Shown: positions 1-18,060 of the stretch, piece after piece
How the letters are laid out: every line of letters begins with the position of its first letter
Numbering within the stretch: position 1 is the first letter of the stretch
NCBI GenBank assembly: GCA_002189035.1
Contig: NEEC01000004.1
Span: forward strand, 4,588,001 to 4,652,000
Reading direction: 5' to 3'
DNA length: 64,000 nt
From: Utricularia gibba
Taxonomy: Eukaryota; Plantae; Magnoliophyta
Translations under genes and position numbers: made by a program
Notes under the pieces: model-generated
Told to the model about the DNA's origin: nothing
Seen by the model: only the letters and a program-made list of their open reading frames with translations
Databases searched by the model: none

Positions 1-683
1 CACAAATCATATTTGTATAAGAAAAAATAATTAAATTTAGAGTAAAAGCTTCACTAATTAATATTTTCCACCGACACCTATTTTTCCTCAATTTTTTCTT
101 AATAATTTAATTTATTTTTATGTAGGAATTTTTATTGAGTCGGATTAAATTTGAATAAAAATACCTACAAAATTTATTCGAACATTTTTTTAAATTTGAT
201 TTAAACAAAAATTAAAATAAAAAAATTGATTGTGTTATGGACCATGAACGTACCGAGGGGCGTACCATTAATGAAGACTAGCCCTTGCCTCTAATACTGA
301 ATTTAATATATGCTTAGTGTGAGACGCAATGGACCACGGGACATAGAGTTAGGTGATGCCCAAATCCTTTACTAACGGTTAAGTGATTATTCGTTATATT
401 TAATTCTGCAAAAAAATTATTTTATGTTTTTCAAACTTTATAATATGAAGGTTTCAAAATTGGAATGGCTATAGAAAAAAAAATGTTTTTTTTAAGTGAA
501 CACTATGTGAATCTGTGTTAAAGTGCGCACCGCCGGCGCTTGTTGCTAAAATGCACGGATCTCCACCATTTCCCCTATATTCCTTTGTTTGTCACCTGAG
601 AATCCTCACCCTCCGCCGCTTCTCCGCCGATGTCTCCAGTTTTTCTGGAGTAACATGCGCTGTAGTTTATTGCAATCGTATCC

Positions 684-1304
684 ATGGCGCCTTCTTCCCT
701 CAGAAAATCCGCCAATCTAAATTATCAAAACTGTCCCTTGCTTTGCAGACACTTCCCCTCCGCGACGCTTGACCTCATAATCTTCATCCTTGTGCTATTC
801 TCCGGCGCTTTTTTGATAATCTCCTATTTTTCTTACCTTTTCCATAGCCTCTCACTGATTTTGCCCCCTTTCACTACGATTATTTCCTATTTGAGTCACC
901 ATTTGAGTTCGAACACGCAATCCCAGTTGATATTTTTTGCATTTTTCGTGACTTCGTTTGTGGTTTTTCTTTTTTCATTCGAGATCTGTTGTGGGCGTAG
1001 ATCAAGGAGATGTGGGAGGAAAGGGTGTAAAGGTTTGAAGAAGGCGATGGAGTTTGATTTGCAGCTTCAAGGTGAGGACTTGCTGCGAATGGGGAATGGG
1101 AATAAGGCCGTCAGAGATGTTAATGATTTGCCGTGGAAAGGGGGAAGTGAAGAGAATCCTGATTACGAGTGTCTGCGAGCGGAGTTGAGGAAGATGGCGC
1201 CGCCTAATGGGCGGGCAGTCCTGCTCTTTCGCAAGAAATGCGGCTGCGCAGTTGCCAAACTCGAAGGATGGGGGTCGCGGCGAGGCCGACGCTTTAAGAA
1301 GTGA
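684..1304 (+). CDS. Uncharacterised plant membrane protein, At5g19025-like ('ribosomal protein L34e superfamily' annotation), single exon
   Basis: 206-aa ORF with SATLDLIIFILVLFSGAFLIISYFSYLFHSL TM segment, FEICCGRRSRRCGRKGCKGLKKAMEFDLQLQ and NPDYECLRAELRKMAPPNGRAVLLFRKKCGC motifs typical of this family (recalled). The start could extend to ATG 655. Confidence 0.85.
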   Translation: MAPSSLRKSANLNYQNCPLLCRHFPSATLDLIIFILVLFSGAFLIISYFSYLFHSLSLILPPFTTIISYLSHHLSSNTQSQLIFFAFFVTSFVVFLFSFEICCGRRSRRCGRKGCKGLKKAMEFDLQLQGEDLLRMGNGNKAVRDVNDLPWKGGSEENPDYECLRAELRKMAPPNGRAVLLFRKKCGCAVAKLEGWGSRRGRRFKK

Positions 1305-2912
1305 GTGACTTTACATTGATGAAAATCAAATTTTTCTGGGTTCTTGAATTGGATCAAGATAGATGCCCTTTGAGGGATTGATTCAACACTTTTCGAAATG
1401 TAGAGTCTTTCATCGTTGTGCCTGTGTGCCGAGTTTTGTTCCATCATATATGAGTTGCATTGACGATCTGATCAAGATACATAGATGTGGCTCCACGGAT
1501 TTCTTGATCTGATATATGTGTCTCATTACCGATCAACTTCATCAGGCTCAATTTTCACCTTGGCGCCTGGTTGCACCTCTGGCTGTGATAGTGTTGTCCA
1601 AAATGTTTCCTTTTTTGGAACCCCAAGAGAGATATGAGTTGCATTCCAATCAACTGATCTGTTTTTCAATGTCTGCCTGTGGCTTTGAGATCTGTTGTTC
1701 AAACCTATTCCTCTTTGTGCTTTTCATGTGGAGGTTTTGAAGTTATCGATGAACCTTCCATGAACGAAAATTGGACATTTTTCCCATGAAGGTTCCTGTT
1801 GGATTGCATTTTCTGTCCTGCTGTGACTACTGCATCTGAACTTAGGAATCTAATGATAAAAATCGATGCTTGAACATTCTTAGACATCTAGTTCCTTGTA
1901 CATTGGTGTCAAGTTCATCATGAAAGACGCATGACGTGACGCCTTTCGTTTCACCCCTTGATAACACCCATGTCTTCTTATGTTCAGATTCATGCTTTGA
2001 AAAGCTCCCACTTCACACCATGGCCTTCTTCTTTCTTCTGTCAATTGTTTTTGGATTTACAAGCTCAGTTTGTTCCTAAAGCATGGAGGTCCCTTTGCCT
2101 TTTGTTGTTTTCAGGAGTCTGCTTATCACGGGCGGAGGGGATCATCGTTGACAACAGAATCTTCTCAGAGATCATCTGTTTGTTTGTATTTGCCACGGGG
2201 TTCAGTCACTCACAACACTGTATCAGAAAGGAAGGCTTTTTTCGGCCTTCTTTGTTACCGCAGTTCAGAAATTTTTGAACTTCCGAGTTGTGAGTGCAGA
2301 CAGTTACAGTGAATCGATAATCGGCAGATGCACCGTCGATGATTCGTAAACCATTGCGGCTTGCCTTGTTTCAATCTGGATGGAAGCTGTTAATACAATA
2401 CTTCTGAAGTTGAGTTTTCTTTACCTGTAACAGAGATTGTGCACTAGTTCTTGAGATGGAGAAGGTACGGAGTACTTAATTGCTCCTCTAAATCTGCACC
2501 GCCACGGTCCGCCTCGAGCAGCCGCGTGCATCTGGTGAGGCCGCGCCGGTTTCGATGAGGATCTGCGCATCGGTTTTCTCCTCAACAAGGAAACTATCGG
2601 AAACTGTCTCCAACTTCTCTGGAGAACGACAGATGCTCGGAGGAAGAAGAAGAAGTTCCGTTGTAACCGTCTCCAGCCCGTCCTAGGCCTATATATTGGG
2701 CTTGGGCTAATTTTCGGCCCGGTTCTAGGAATCAAGTCCGAGTATTGTAGTCAAAGACCTTTATATCCTCATAATTTAAGATGGCGATGAAACTGATGAG
2801 GGTATAGTTGGTATTTCATATTCGACGATTTTTTGTTTGCTTGGAGGATACGACAGAAAAGGGCTTTGTGATTGTCATGGCGAGGACTCGAGTGTAACCA
2901 GACAACAAACTA

Positions 2913-4251
2913 ATGGCCGGAAAACAGTGCTGTGAGAACCCCCGACTTTAAGCTCCGCCGTGGGAGCCGGAAAAGTTCAGGTCTTTGGAGGTCTCAGTAG
3001 TTACATCTCCGGCCCTGAAGATGCACACTTCGCTGTCCTTCTGGTTTCTGATGTTTTTGGTACGCTGATTGCTCTGATCGCGTGGAGTTTGTTTCTCTCT
3101 TTCAGATTTACTGACAAATCTAAACCCTCCGGTTGTTATTGAATGTTTGCAGGATATGAAGCCCCGAATCTGAGGTATTACTGGTTACCACTCTCGTACA
3201 GCTGAGTTCTTTTGAAAAACTCCAAAAATCTTGGATTCAGTTGATGATTACTTGTCTTTTCAACTGTTTTGAGTGTAGGCTTAAGCCATAATCTTGGATG
3301 AAGTTCTTTTAATCTAAGGACGGCTTTCTCAATCGTGTTTATAGGAAGCTCGCCGACAAAATTGGGGCTGCTGGTTTTTTCACTGTTGTGCCAGATTTCT
3401 TGGCTGGAGATCCATATGTACCTGGGGTTACAATCATGGACTGGCTTAAGAATCATGGAGCTGTATGTGTTTTTCTTTCTGCAACTGAATATTCCTCGTT
3501 TATGGCTCATTAGATATGAGAGAATCTACATGCCCTCCTTTATTTACCTCGCATCATCATGAAATGAACTTTTTACAGGATAAAGGATTCGAAGATGCAA
3601 AGCCAGTTATTGAAGCTATAAAAGCCAGAGGCATATCCAAGATTGGAGCTGCAGGGTTCTGCTGGGGAGGTGCCGTTTATGAGATCTAGTTGTGTAAAGA
3701 CTATAATATTTAATCAGTTTTTTTCTTGTTTCAGCCAAGGTAGTTGTTGAGTTGGCAAAAGAAGCTCATATCCAAGCGGCAGTGCTGTTGCATCCGTCTC
3801 TTGTGACTTTAGAAGACATTCAAGGTCAGTCTAGGTTGTTTTGTTCCTTACATATACTAAGAGTTGAACTGTATGATCAGTCCTCTATTGGACAAAATAA
3901 GCACTTAATGTGTAACGATTGACAGGAGTAAAGGTTCCAATATCAGTTCTTGGAGCTGAAACCGATCAGATATCACCACCAGAACTTGTTAAGCAGTTCG
4001 AAACTTGCTTGAACTCGAAGCCTGAGGTACAAAAAATATCCAAAACTTGAAAGCTGCTGCAATACCTACTGCCATGGAACCATAAATCAAACCATACACA
4101 CATCCTGCAGATTGATAGCTTTGTCAAGATATTCTATGGGGTCGCTCATGGCTGGAGTGTGCGGTATGAACCTGATGACAATGAAGCCGTGAAGCGGGCT
4201 GATGAAGCTCATGGAGATTTGCTCCACTGGATTTCCAAACATATCAAGTGA
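2913..4251 (+). CDS. Dienelactone hydrolase family / endo-1,3;1,4-beta-D-glucanase-like protein, 7 exons, apparent -1 frameshift at 2939-2943
   Basis: MAGKQCCENP start. Exons about 2913-3059, 3153-3174, 3345-3462, 3579-3669, 3735-3824, 3926-4026, 4111-4251 with GT-AG introns. Motifs: GYEAPNLRKLADK, VPDF, nucleophile GFCWG, HGW. Confidence 0.9.
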
Positions 4252-4519
4252 CGCCCACATCCTATCTTCAACTGTTATCCATGTCTAAGAAGCTGCATGA
4301 ACAACCTTCGCACAAGTAAAATAATCAATGCCTTTGTTGCCTTGAAACCTCCTCAATTTTCAGTGTGATGATTTCTTTCTACCATTGATGCAATCCAGAG
4401 AATATGATATGAGATTATACCGACGTACCAAATGTGTACATTGTGTTGTGAATCAATAATGAGAATCTGTGACCAGTTTCATACCATGAAATTGTAAAGT
4501 AGCAGAGAATATACACCCG

Positions 4520-6277
4520 TTATATTCCAATGGCATCAAGAAGATCAGAGTGCTGTGACACAGAAACAAGTGTATTGGCAACGATGGCTCCACTTGCAGC
4601 CACTGCAGGGACACCAATGCCCGGAAAAGTAGAATCCCCGCAACAAAACAGCCCCGGAATCTCAGTTGCGTGTCCTGGAAATGACCCTTGACCAGCTTTA
4701 ATGGCTGGCCCATACGTGCCTCTCTTTCTTCTCAGAAACCTTTGATGTGTTAATGGAGTTCCCACCAACTTCACCTCGCACTTGTCCCTATCGAACCCCG
4801 AACCAACAGCTCGCTCCACAGCTTTCCACATCACCTCACTTCTCTCAGCTTTGAGTTCCTTGTACTCTTTGCTCCTCCGATCAAGGCCTTCCCAGAGCTC
4901 GAATGGCTCAGTTCCCGGAGTATAAGCATGCAGAATATGCTTCCCTGGTGGTGCAACACTCGGGGTTAGTGCACTGGGAATAGATATTAGAACAACGTTT
5001 TGATCTGCATCCACTCCTCGATCCCAATCGTTGACAACTATATGATGGATGCCCAGATCCTCATTTATGCCCACTCTGTCAAATCCCAAATGTAAATGCA
5101 TGAATGATTCACACTGTGGGGTTGTTTTGGCGCGGTTTTGATACTCTTTTGGGATGGATTCTTCAGGTATGAGATCTAGTGTATCCCACATGGATGCATT
5201 GCTTATTACAGCCTTTTTTGCACGGATGAATTGTCCATTTTGTAGCTTCACACCAACAGCACGTCCCTTTTCGACAACAATTTTCTCAACATGTGTTCGC
5301 AGATGGAGATGACCATTGAATTTGTGTAAGCCACGAACAAGGGCTTCAACAATAGCACCAGTTCCTTCAACAGGGTACTCTAGAGAACAGCCTGGTTTAT
5401 ACCATTCTGAGAACATGTAGATCATTTCTGCTGAGAGAATGCCATCTGCTTTTACCCCAGCTAACAAGAAAGCTAGAAGATCGATCCAATTGCGAATGAA
5501 ACGGTTTTTGATCTGCAGGGAGTTCATTACCTCTGCAAAGGGTTTAAGAAGTTTTGTCGCTCCAAGCACTCCCTGAGGTCCCATTTGAGCAAAAGATTTC
5601 AATAGAGACGGTGCATATCTAGCACCAGCAGTTGAAAGAACGCCTAAGTCACCTCTGATGGACAGTGGAGGAAGCGCCATTGCAGCGGCAGACAATGGAA
5701 GTATTGCATCCAGAAGCTTTCTCCATTCCTGTACCGCTTCTGGACCAGAATACGTCTGCAAATCCTTGAGAAATTCTGTTGGACCAATACGGGACAAGAA
5801 TTCGCCTTCTGGGATGTATACCATCCATGAATCATATCTTGCACATTGAATAGACTCACCCAAAGCATCAAGAACTTGGGCTAAAGGATTTGCTTGAGGA
5901 CCCCTTGATTGAAAACCAGAGAACAAAGATGGACCCGAATCAAATTTGTAGCCTTTTACCTCAAACGAATGAGCAGCACCGCCAGGCACATCATGGCTCT
6001 CCAAGACAACCACTTTTTGATTATATCTAGCCAACAGTGCGCCACAACAAAGCCCCCCTAGCCCGCTTCCTATAACCACAATATCTGTCTCAGTTACTCC
6101 CGTGTACTGATGAGTGAGGGGTAGCGAGGGATACCCGCCGGAGATGGGTTTCGACCCACTTTCCGAAACTCGCGCAGAGAAAGCTGGGCTTTTGCATTTG
6201 GTTCTGAATTGGGAAGAAGTTGGCGAGAAGTTACAAAAATTGGGAGAAATCCGACTGCCACTGGAACACAACGCCAT
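4520..6277 (-). CDS. Carotenoid isomerase (CRTISO/CrtH)-like FAD-dependent oxidoreductase, At1g57770-type, with plastid transit peptide; intronless
   Basis: Uninterrupted 585-aa ORF. Ser-rich N-terminus, GSGLGG dinucleotide-binding motif, ESHDVPGGAAHSF, FDSGPSLF, C-terminal CGDSTFPGIGVPAVAASG. Confidence 0.88.
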   Translation of the reverse strand: MALCSSGSRISPNFCNFSPTSSQFRTKCKSPAFSARVSESGSKPISGGYPSLPLTHQYTGVTETDIVVIGSGLGGLCCGALLARYNQKVVVLESHDVPGGAAHSFEVKGYKFDSGPSLFSGFQSRGPQANPLAQVLDALGESIQCARYDSWMVYIPEGEFLSRIGPTEFLKDLQTYSGPEAVQEWRKLLDAILPLSAAAMALPPLSIRGDLGVLSTAGARYAPSLLKSFAQMGPQGVLGATKLLKPFAEVMNSLQIKNRFIRNWIDLLAFLLAGVKADGILSAEMIYMFSEWYKPGCSLEYPVEGTGAIVEALVRGLHKFNGHLHLRTHVEKIVVEKGRAVGVKLQNGQFIRAKKAVISNASMWDTLDLIPEESIPKEYQNRAKTTPQCESFMHLHLGFDRVGINEDLGIHHIVVNDWDRGVDADQNVVLISIPSALTPSVAPPGKHILHAYTPGTEPFELWEGLDRRSKEYKELKAERSEVMWKAVERAVGSGFDRDKCEVKLVGTPLTHQRFLRRKRGTYGPAIKAGQGSFPGHATEIPGLFCCGDSTFPGIGVPAVAASGAIVANTLVSVSQHSDLLDAIGI

Positions 6278-7262
6278 GAAAAAATGGTAGCCGATTCTGG
6301 CCTCTTCCTCTCATACTTCTGTTGAATGATGGTGCAAGGAAGGCGATGTCGTGGAGCTCAGATCAACACAGATTAGCCTCGCTTGCAAACGAATGGTTAT
6401 TAAAACATGGTTTGATTTGAAAACAAAACTTTAAAAAAGCGTTCTTTAGGATGTGCTTAGGACAGCCAAACAACAAATTCAGAAACTTGTCTCGATTTCG
6501 AAAGTGTAGTTAATGTTTGCGACTATTGGTTTGAGTTAGTTGAAAACAGCACAGTTGTTTATGTAGGATCCAGGAAATGGAGGATCGTAACAGGATAGGA
6601 TCTGTAATGAAGTTCTATTTTACGGTTAGTATGGTTGAGGTGACCATTGTAATGAGATTGATGTGCCGCTGGCAGTCTGGCACTCCACAAGCACCAGCCA
6701 GGCAGCCATAAGCTCTCTGTCACCGGAAAATAAATTCCCCTCAAGAAAACTGAGGAAGAAAGAGAAATGAATATTAAAAACGTAAAATAAAGACTACTTT
6801 AAAGCTCCGAAGCGACAAGAAGATCAGTTAAATCCACTCGTTTTCTCTCTAAAACTTCTTTCTCTACTTACCTGTTCGTTGTGTACCATCATTCCATGTG
6901 GTGTTGGTCTTTCTTTTTGAGTCGAGAGTAGTGATCACCATTTCAGAGGTTTGCAGACGGAGGGAGAACAAACGTTTTTTCAGCTCTGTGCCTCCTTTTC
7001 TGGTGACCTTCTGCTGGGGTCTTTTGGAAAGTAGGCATTCATTAAGTGCCCAGTAAAAGCTCGATTTTTGTGGGAAAATTATAGTTTCCAGGAAGTTCAT
7101 GGGAAAACCCATTTGTGTTTATTTCATCTTTTTGCTACAATCTGGGGTGTGAATCTGGTGATCTGTAATCTAGTCAACGAGTAAAGGTTGGTTTCTCCTT
7201 TTCTGGAATCGCGTTTAATTGCTTGCAAAGGCTGGGCTTCTTTTTGGAGTTTTTGGCTATCG

Positions 7263-9898
<2,636 letters not shown>

Positions 9899-10496
9899 AC
9901 AGTTTCTGAACAGCAGCTTGGAGATCCTCGAGCTATTCAAAGACTGGATGGATTCATGCATTGAATCCCAGAACTTGGATGGAAATCATTCAAGACTGCT
10001 GCTCTTGGGATCTTTTCCTCACGAGGAGAAAACCAGAGGAAGAAAAAGAAGCGTCTCCTAGTTCTACTTCACTGATATCCTCTAGCGCATCTCTGAATGA
10101 ATAGTCATCATGTTCATGGTGCTATTTTTTCCCCTGTAATTTAGCTGTTGCTTTGACTGAAAGTTCAAGAGAAAACTTGCACTTCATTTCCTAAATGCTA
10201 GCAGTTCTTGCTGCGTTTTTTGTTTCCTTTGGAGACTTGAAGATTACATTTATTTCTGCATGTTCTTTCACGTAAAACAGGCAAGCAGACTACAAGGGGA
10301 TACACTCATGAGACTGATGCAAGTCAGTGCTTCACGATCTACCACATTTCTATAAATTCAATGGAGTAACAAGTTACTATCTGGGGCGCCTCGGCATTTT
10401 CACATCTTTTCCTAGTTCTGATCATTCACAGGACGCTGTAGACAGGCACAACTTATGGCTATCAGCACAAGTGTTATGGAACTATTAATCAGCATA

Positions 10497-13400
10497 TCAT
10501 CTGTTCCGGAAGAAATTGAAATCTAAGCGTCTTAAAAGTCCATCAATACCGTTGGCTGGTTCCCTTTTCTTGACTTCCATTCTGACTGTCGTACCATCAG
10601 CTACATCAAACTCAGTTTGTGGTTGCCTGGTGGGAGGCTCAACTCTGCTACAACTACTGGTATCTTCATCTACAGGCGGTTTTACAGCAAGCTTGCAAGC
10701 TGGAGGGTCAGAGCTGCCGGTATGATCTTTATGGTCAGCATTATGGAAGCTTGGTGGTAAAACCGATGTACTACTAGAAGGGCAAGTTTCTTGAGCTTCT
10801 GCGTCTAAAGCAGGACTGCATTTGGACGCTGAAGAAGACGCGGCTTCGGTTTTTGAGGAGTTGTCGATGACAGCAGTAGCAAAATCATGCCTTTCTGGTT
10901 TTGGTTCTGCGTTTAGGCCCCGGGAAGAAGACTCCTCCTCCACTGCTGCCCGCGTTGCTACCTCCAAGTCCTTTAGTGACTCCATAACTGCTTTCATGAG
11001 CATCTGAAAAATCAAAGATAATTGTGTAACATTGAATGTGAAGGATTCCCTGTTGGTTGTCAGGTGGAGCTCTGAGATTTCGGGTGATTTAGAAAACTTA
11101 CCCTTTCTTCTTCCTCAAAATTGGAAGGGAAATCAGCCCGGGGGTCAAGAAGGTACTCTACATATTCATCATCATCCGAGTCAGACACATAAGAACTCCG
11201 GAGGCCATAGCTGATCATATTAGAAGGCGACAGAGACTCATTCTTCCCGTTTTCAATCTGCATATACAAAAAAACTGATTTAGAAACTACTGCAAGAATG
11301 TGAACTGCTAGACAAGAAGTTCAGGCACCTGAGAGAGAGGTTGACTGTCTTTTGATGAAATGTCTGCAGGAATCTGAAAATGAACAGGAATTTAGCTTTT
11401 TGGAATGGAAGCAGATGCTTCTACAGATTTTCAGGACCATATTTGTTAAGTATAAACATCATTGTTACCACAGTAGAACTCATAGGCCGCCGGGTGCGAA
11501 GCTGCCTAATGGCATCCTCAGTGCTGCTAGCCACTGCACCTGAGTTCGAAGAGTCTAAGCAAGTAGACAAATGTATATATGAAAAGGTAACCCAAGCAGT
11601 AAACTTCATACTGAAACGGCACCTAATAACTCATCCGAAACTTCAGCATCATGCAGGAAACTCCATCTGCCCTGAAGATAATGACCAGAATGCCATGATC
11701 ACAATGACTGTCCAGAGCAGTCAAAAAGATTTAGCATCAAAATTACCTGGTTATAGTAATCACTAGACATGTCAAAATGTACAGCAGTTCCTGCTTCTGC
11801 CTGTGGAGGCTGCAATACATTCTTGAAGAAAATACTTATTGAGTCGAAATAAAATTGTGGGCGAGGGGAGTTGTGGTCGCCCTCAAATTTAATGATATTC
11901 TTGTCTCCCTGCGCACATTTATGAATCAAGTCGATGACAAGAAAGAAAACAACAGACCCAAGAGTGCAGGTTGCTAGTTATGCTGGTCACTTAATAAAGC
12001 ATATACATATCCCAATGAACATGAAACTAGCATATGAGGAAGTTTCACAACGGTATAAAGGGTACCATGTAGGCCTCATAAATACGGTCAGAATGATGGG
12101 GTTGTATGAAATCATCAGCAATGGCATGGCCGAAAAGAACAGGGACAAAGCAAGATTTTGCAACCTGAAATACAATAAGCTACTGTTTCAGATGCCTTGA
12201 AAGAGATAGACCACTACTGGAAATTAAACAGTGCCTTCTCTTCCAGCAAAAAAATACCTTCACAGCATTCAGATCCGTGATGTCAAAATTTGCTTTTTTC
12301 TGAATACACCTACGCATGTATTGGATCACAAACTTAACCTAGGAGTTCCAAAAAGTGATGTTAAAAATCTGTTTAGACATAATCATGAAACATGAAGTCT
12401 GGTGTAGATCATGCTCAAGGCATTTAGACAACTAAGATTTCAACATACGGTGAACTTTGGGACTCGAACTTTGTATGTGTCGACAAGCTCCATCATCAAG
12501 TCAACCAAATCCGAGAAAGGGCTGTCCAGAACCATTCCAGCAATTGAAGGATCTTCAGCTCCATACATCAGACTGAGAACAGAAGATGCTATCTAGTTAT
12601 TTATATATTTTTTGCATGTTAAAAATCAGCAACATAAAACGAAACATTGACAGAAAAACACAACAAATAATGATTTTGTTCTATCACAACCATTTTCATC
12701 TTCAAAGATTTTTGGCCCAAGAGTTGGGTTTTATAGAGAGAAAACCTGAATATGAATCTGAAGTTTATCATCACAAGGAACATGTTCAGTACCTAGCCAC
12801 AGCACCCATGGATCGTCCCCATAAACCAATTAAAGAAACATTCCCATCTTCCCGGAGATGGTTAACCACTGCTCTGAGATCATCCTTCTGAAAAAACAGT
12901 ATTATCAAAGTATAATAACATGAAATATTCTTTTACTCGACTGCAGTAATTATCATCACTTGAAACTCAGTTACTATCATGGGCAGTTTGCTTACTTCAT
13001 TCCATCCCAGAGTTACATGCTCACCACCCGACAGACCAGAGCCAGAAAAATCAAGAGCAAAAACTGTGATGTTGAGAGGCAACAGTATAACAGCAGCTTC
13101 ACTGGCATCGGTTCGACACCCACTGATGAACACATGATTTGAAGTGTGAAGCAAGTAAATTAAGCAATCGGAAGGAAAATAACACCGTGCAAATAGCTCT
13201 CTAGCTTTACAAGGTAAACTAACCTATTTCCATGGCAATAGATTACACAAGGAAGACTTTTTCCTTCAGGCAGCGCAATAGGTTTGTAATGACTACAATG
13301 GAGAGTATCGCGTCGACTATTGACAACCTGCAAAGAAGATACAATTAGCCTTATAATTTTAAAAGGGGTTGGATGAACACATCAAAAGGCATAGCTGAGC

Positions 13401-13866
13401 CTCTAACCTCCAAATCATTTCTCTGATACCACCTGCCTTTCAGCATGAACTCTTGATCCAATAAATCATCATTTGGGTTGTACTCAGCTCTATGATCAGG
13501 AATAAAAACATCCAGCTTAGCTATGGAAAAAGTTAAAACAAACCTTCCCGAATCAGAAGCACAAATATAAGCATCCTTAATTCATGAAGAGAAGGTGCGA
13601 CTTGAAAGTCAACAAAAATCGATACAGTGAATAACATATAAAAAGCACAGAAATTTTCAGTTTCAATGGGGACAACAAATGAAAACAAATTACCCAAAAC
13701 GTAGAGGGAATTAAAGAACAAAACTTCAAAGTGGAAAGATATCGCCGTGACGAGAGGCAATAATTTGTTTCCGGTAAACAAACGACAGAAAAAGAATGAA
13801 AGAACCAAAATTGTACGAAGGATCTCACCTTGGAGGCCTTATTATGAAGTTAATAAGCTGTTCCAT
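10497..13866 (-). CDS. Alpha/beta-hydrolase superfamily protein (At4g14290/At3g23540-like), multi-exon
   Basis: Exon 1 MEQLINFIIRPPR (13866-13829), AEYNPNDDLLDQEF, CVIYCHGNSG, nucleophile GRSMG, HAIADDFIQPHHS, FEGDHNSPRP. The final exon ends LRRLDFNFFRNR. Confidence 0.9.
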
Positions 13867-15420
13867 ACGAGACTCGCTTCAAACAAGATATTCTTCACTA
13901 CCCACCTTTTTTTTTTCTCCGACAAGACAAACAAAACAAATGGGCAAACCACTGCTCACAATAGCGCTTTTCTTTTCCTTCAAGAAACAGAAACAAACGT
14001 GGAGAATATCAATTGTGAGTTGTTGCTTTCCCCCAAAATACTGTTCTCCTATACAAGATTCTTGATTTAAGCAATTTTCCCCAACAAATGGCAGCAATCA
14101 CGAACAACTAACTGCCTTGTTGTCCGTATCTCCAGATTAACTTTTTTGCCCAAAAATTCATAAATTTTCCAGTTTCTTACCCAAAAAAATGGTGAAAACA
14201 ACAAAAATAAAATCTTAAATCAAACAAAAAACCATCTTTCATGTGAAATATTCACTGCAACACACTACTTGATCTTTCATACATGAACACCATTCATCCC
14301 TTCTATTTCATCTTTGCTGATTCCAGAAATCCGTTTCTAACCTGAACCAAAGGAGGCTGACGCTGCTACGTCCTAGTGTTGAGGTCGTGTTTTAGCATAG
14401 GAATTAATGCATATCCATGTAGTAAAAATAAATTTTGATATGCAGCAGGAAAATAGTTTGACATTTTGACAAGTGGTCCTGTCCTAATTCCTATGACCAA
14501 TTTCGCTGGTCTAGTGAAGAAGGCAGCATACCAACTCCCGATTAAAGTTCTTGCGATGGCATCCGCATTCGTCCATTGTTCCTATGACACCAACGCGGCA
14601 TCCAAATTTTCGACACCAGTTTCCACCTTCTATTTCTTTGCATTGGGAGTTGGCTTATTGTTATTTTGGGATGATTTTGACGTGGATGCCACGCGGGTGC
14701 CAGAGGAGCACTGGACGGACAGCAATGTAGATGCCCTTATTTCAATCCAAAAACTTTGCAGTAACATCTTCCCCAAGCTCGTTGTCCGGTAGACGACTCA
14801 GAGCACTTGGTTTGTGTTGGTGTATAGTGTCCGGATTCCAAGTTTTAATCCGGGGGGTATTATAATGGTTATGATTCTTGTAGTTGGCAAGTATCAAAAT
14901 TTGATCTTGTTGCCGTGGTTTTTCACGTGTAATAGAAGATGATAATGGGCAAGAATCAATTTTTGATCTTGTTGCTATAGTTATTGAATGCATGGGATGA
15001 AGAAAATGGGACTGTTGGATCTTCGCTTTTTTGTGTGCGGTGCTCGGTGAACTGAAGGAACCCTAAACTCTTCTCCTCCACTAAACACTTAACTCCCCTA
15101 TCCAGTGAGGAAACGGAGAGGAACACAGCCAGATAAACTCCTCTCTAGCCAGCCCCTCTTTTAACTTATTTTCTTGTGACATTTGAGCCACACTTTAGAG
15201 GATTATCTATCGTCTTTCGCTTTTTCCCAGTTATCCTCATCAAAAGGTCGTGCCTTTCCAGCCGCCGAGCTAGTTCTGTTTGCATTTTTCCAGCCATTTG
15301 GTGTGGAGAAAATAGGAGATTGTTTACACGTCTGTTGAATCCCTTTGGTTGTTTGAACTGTAATGACATACTCTCCTAATGCTATTTTCTCTTCTCTGTT
15401 TCCAGAGTGAGAACTGAAGA

Positions 15421-17770
<2,350 letters not shown>

Positions 17771-18060
17771 CTCTGCTGCTAAGATTACAAGGACTCTCTG
17801 CATACAGAAGCCATCTTCTGTGTTTATCAGGTCCTTGTTAAGATTCTTTTCATGTGAATAAGAGATCAAAACTCTCGTGTTGATCGATTAATTTGATTAA
17901 GGCGGTTTAAGAAGTCAAAAAAACCTGTCCATCAGATAAATATGTCGGAAATAACTGATCTTGCAAGACTTATGTAGAACCATTCCTTCAATAGAATCTG
18001 GTATCCAACAGTTTTCTTGTTTGTGGGAACCAAATTTCCTTGTCAGTTCAAACGGTTTCA

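Noticed and set aside
630-720. uORFs or an N-terminal extension (ATG 655, MRCSLLQSYP) of the first gene
   Set aside because: It could be another -1 error (CC at 682-683) or a true overlapping uORF. I have no reliable conserved motif to decide.
6540-6760. GC-richer patch between the CRTISO-like and MPK16 starts as a TE or organellar insertion
   Set aside because: No recognisable motif or terminal structure.
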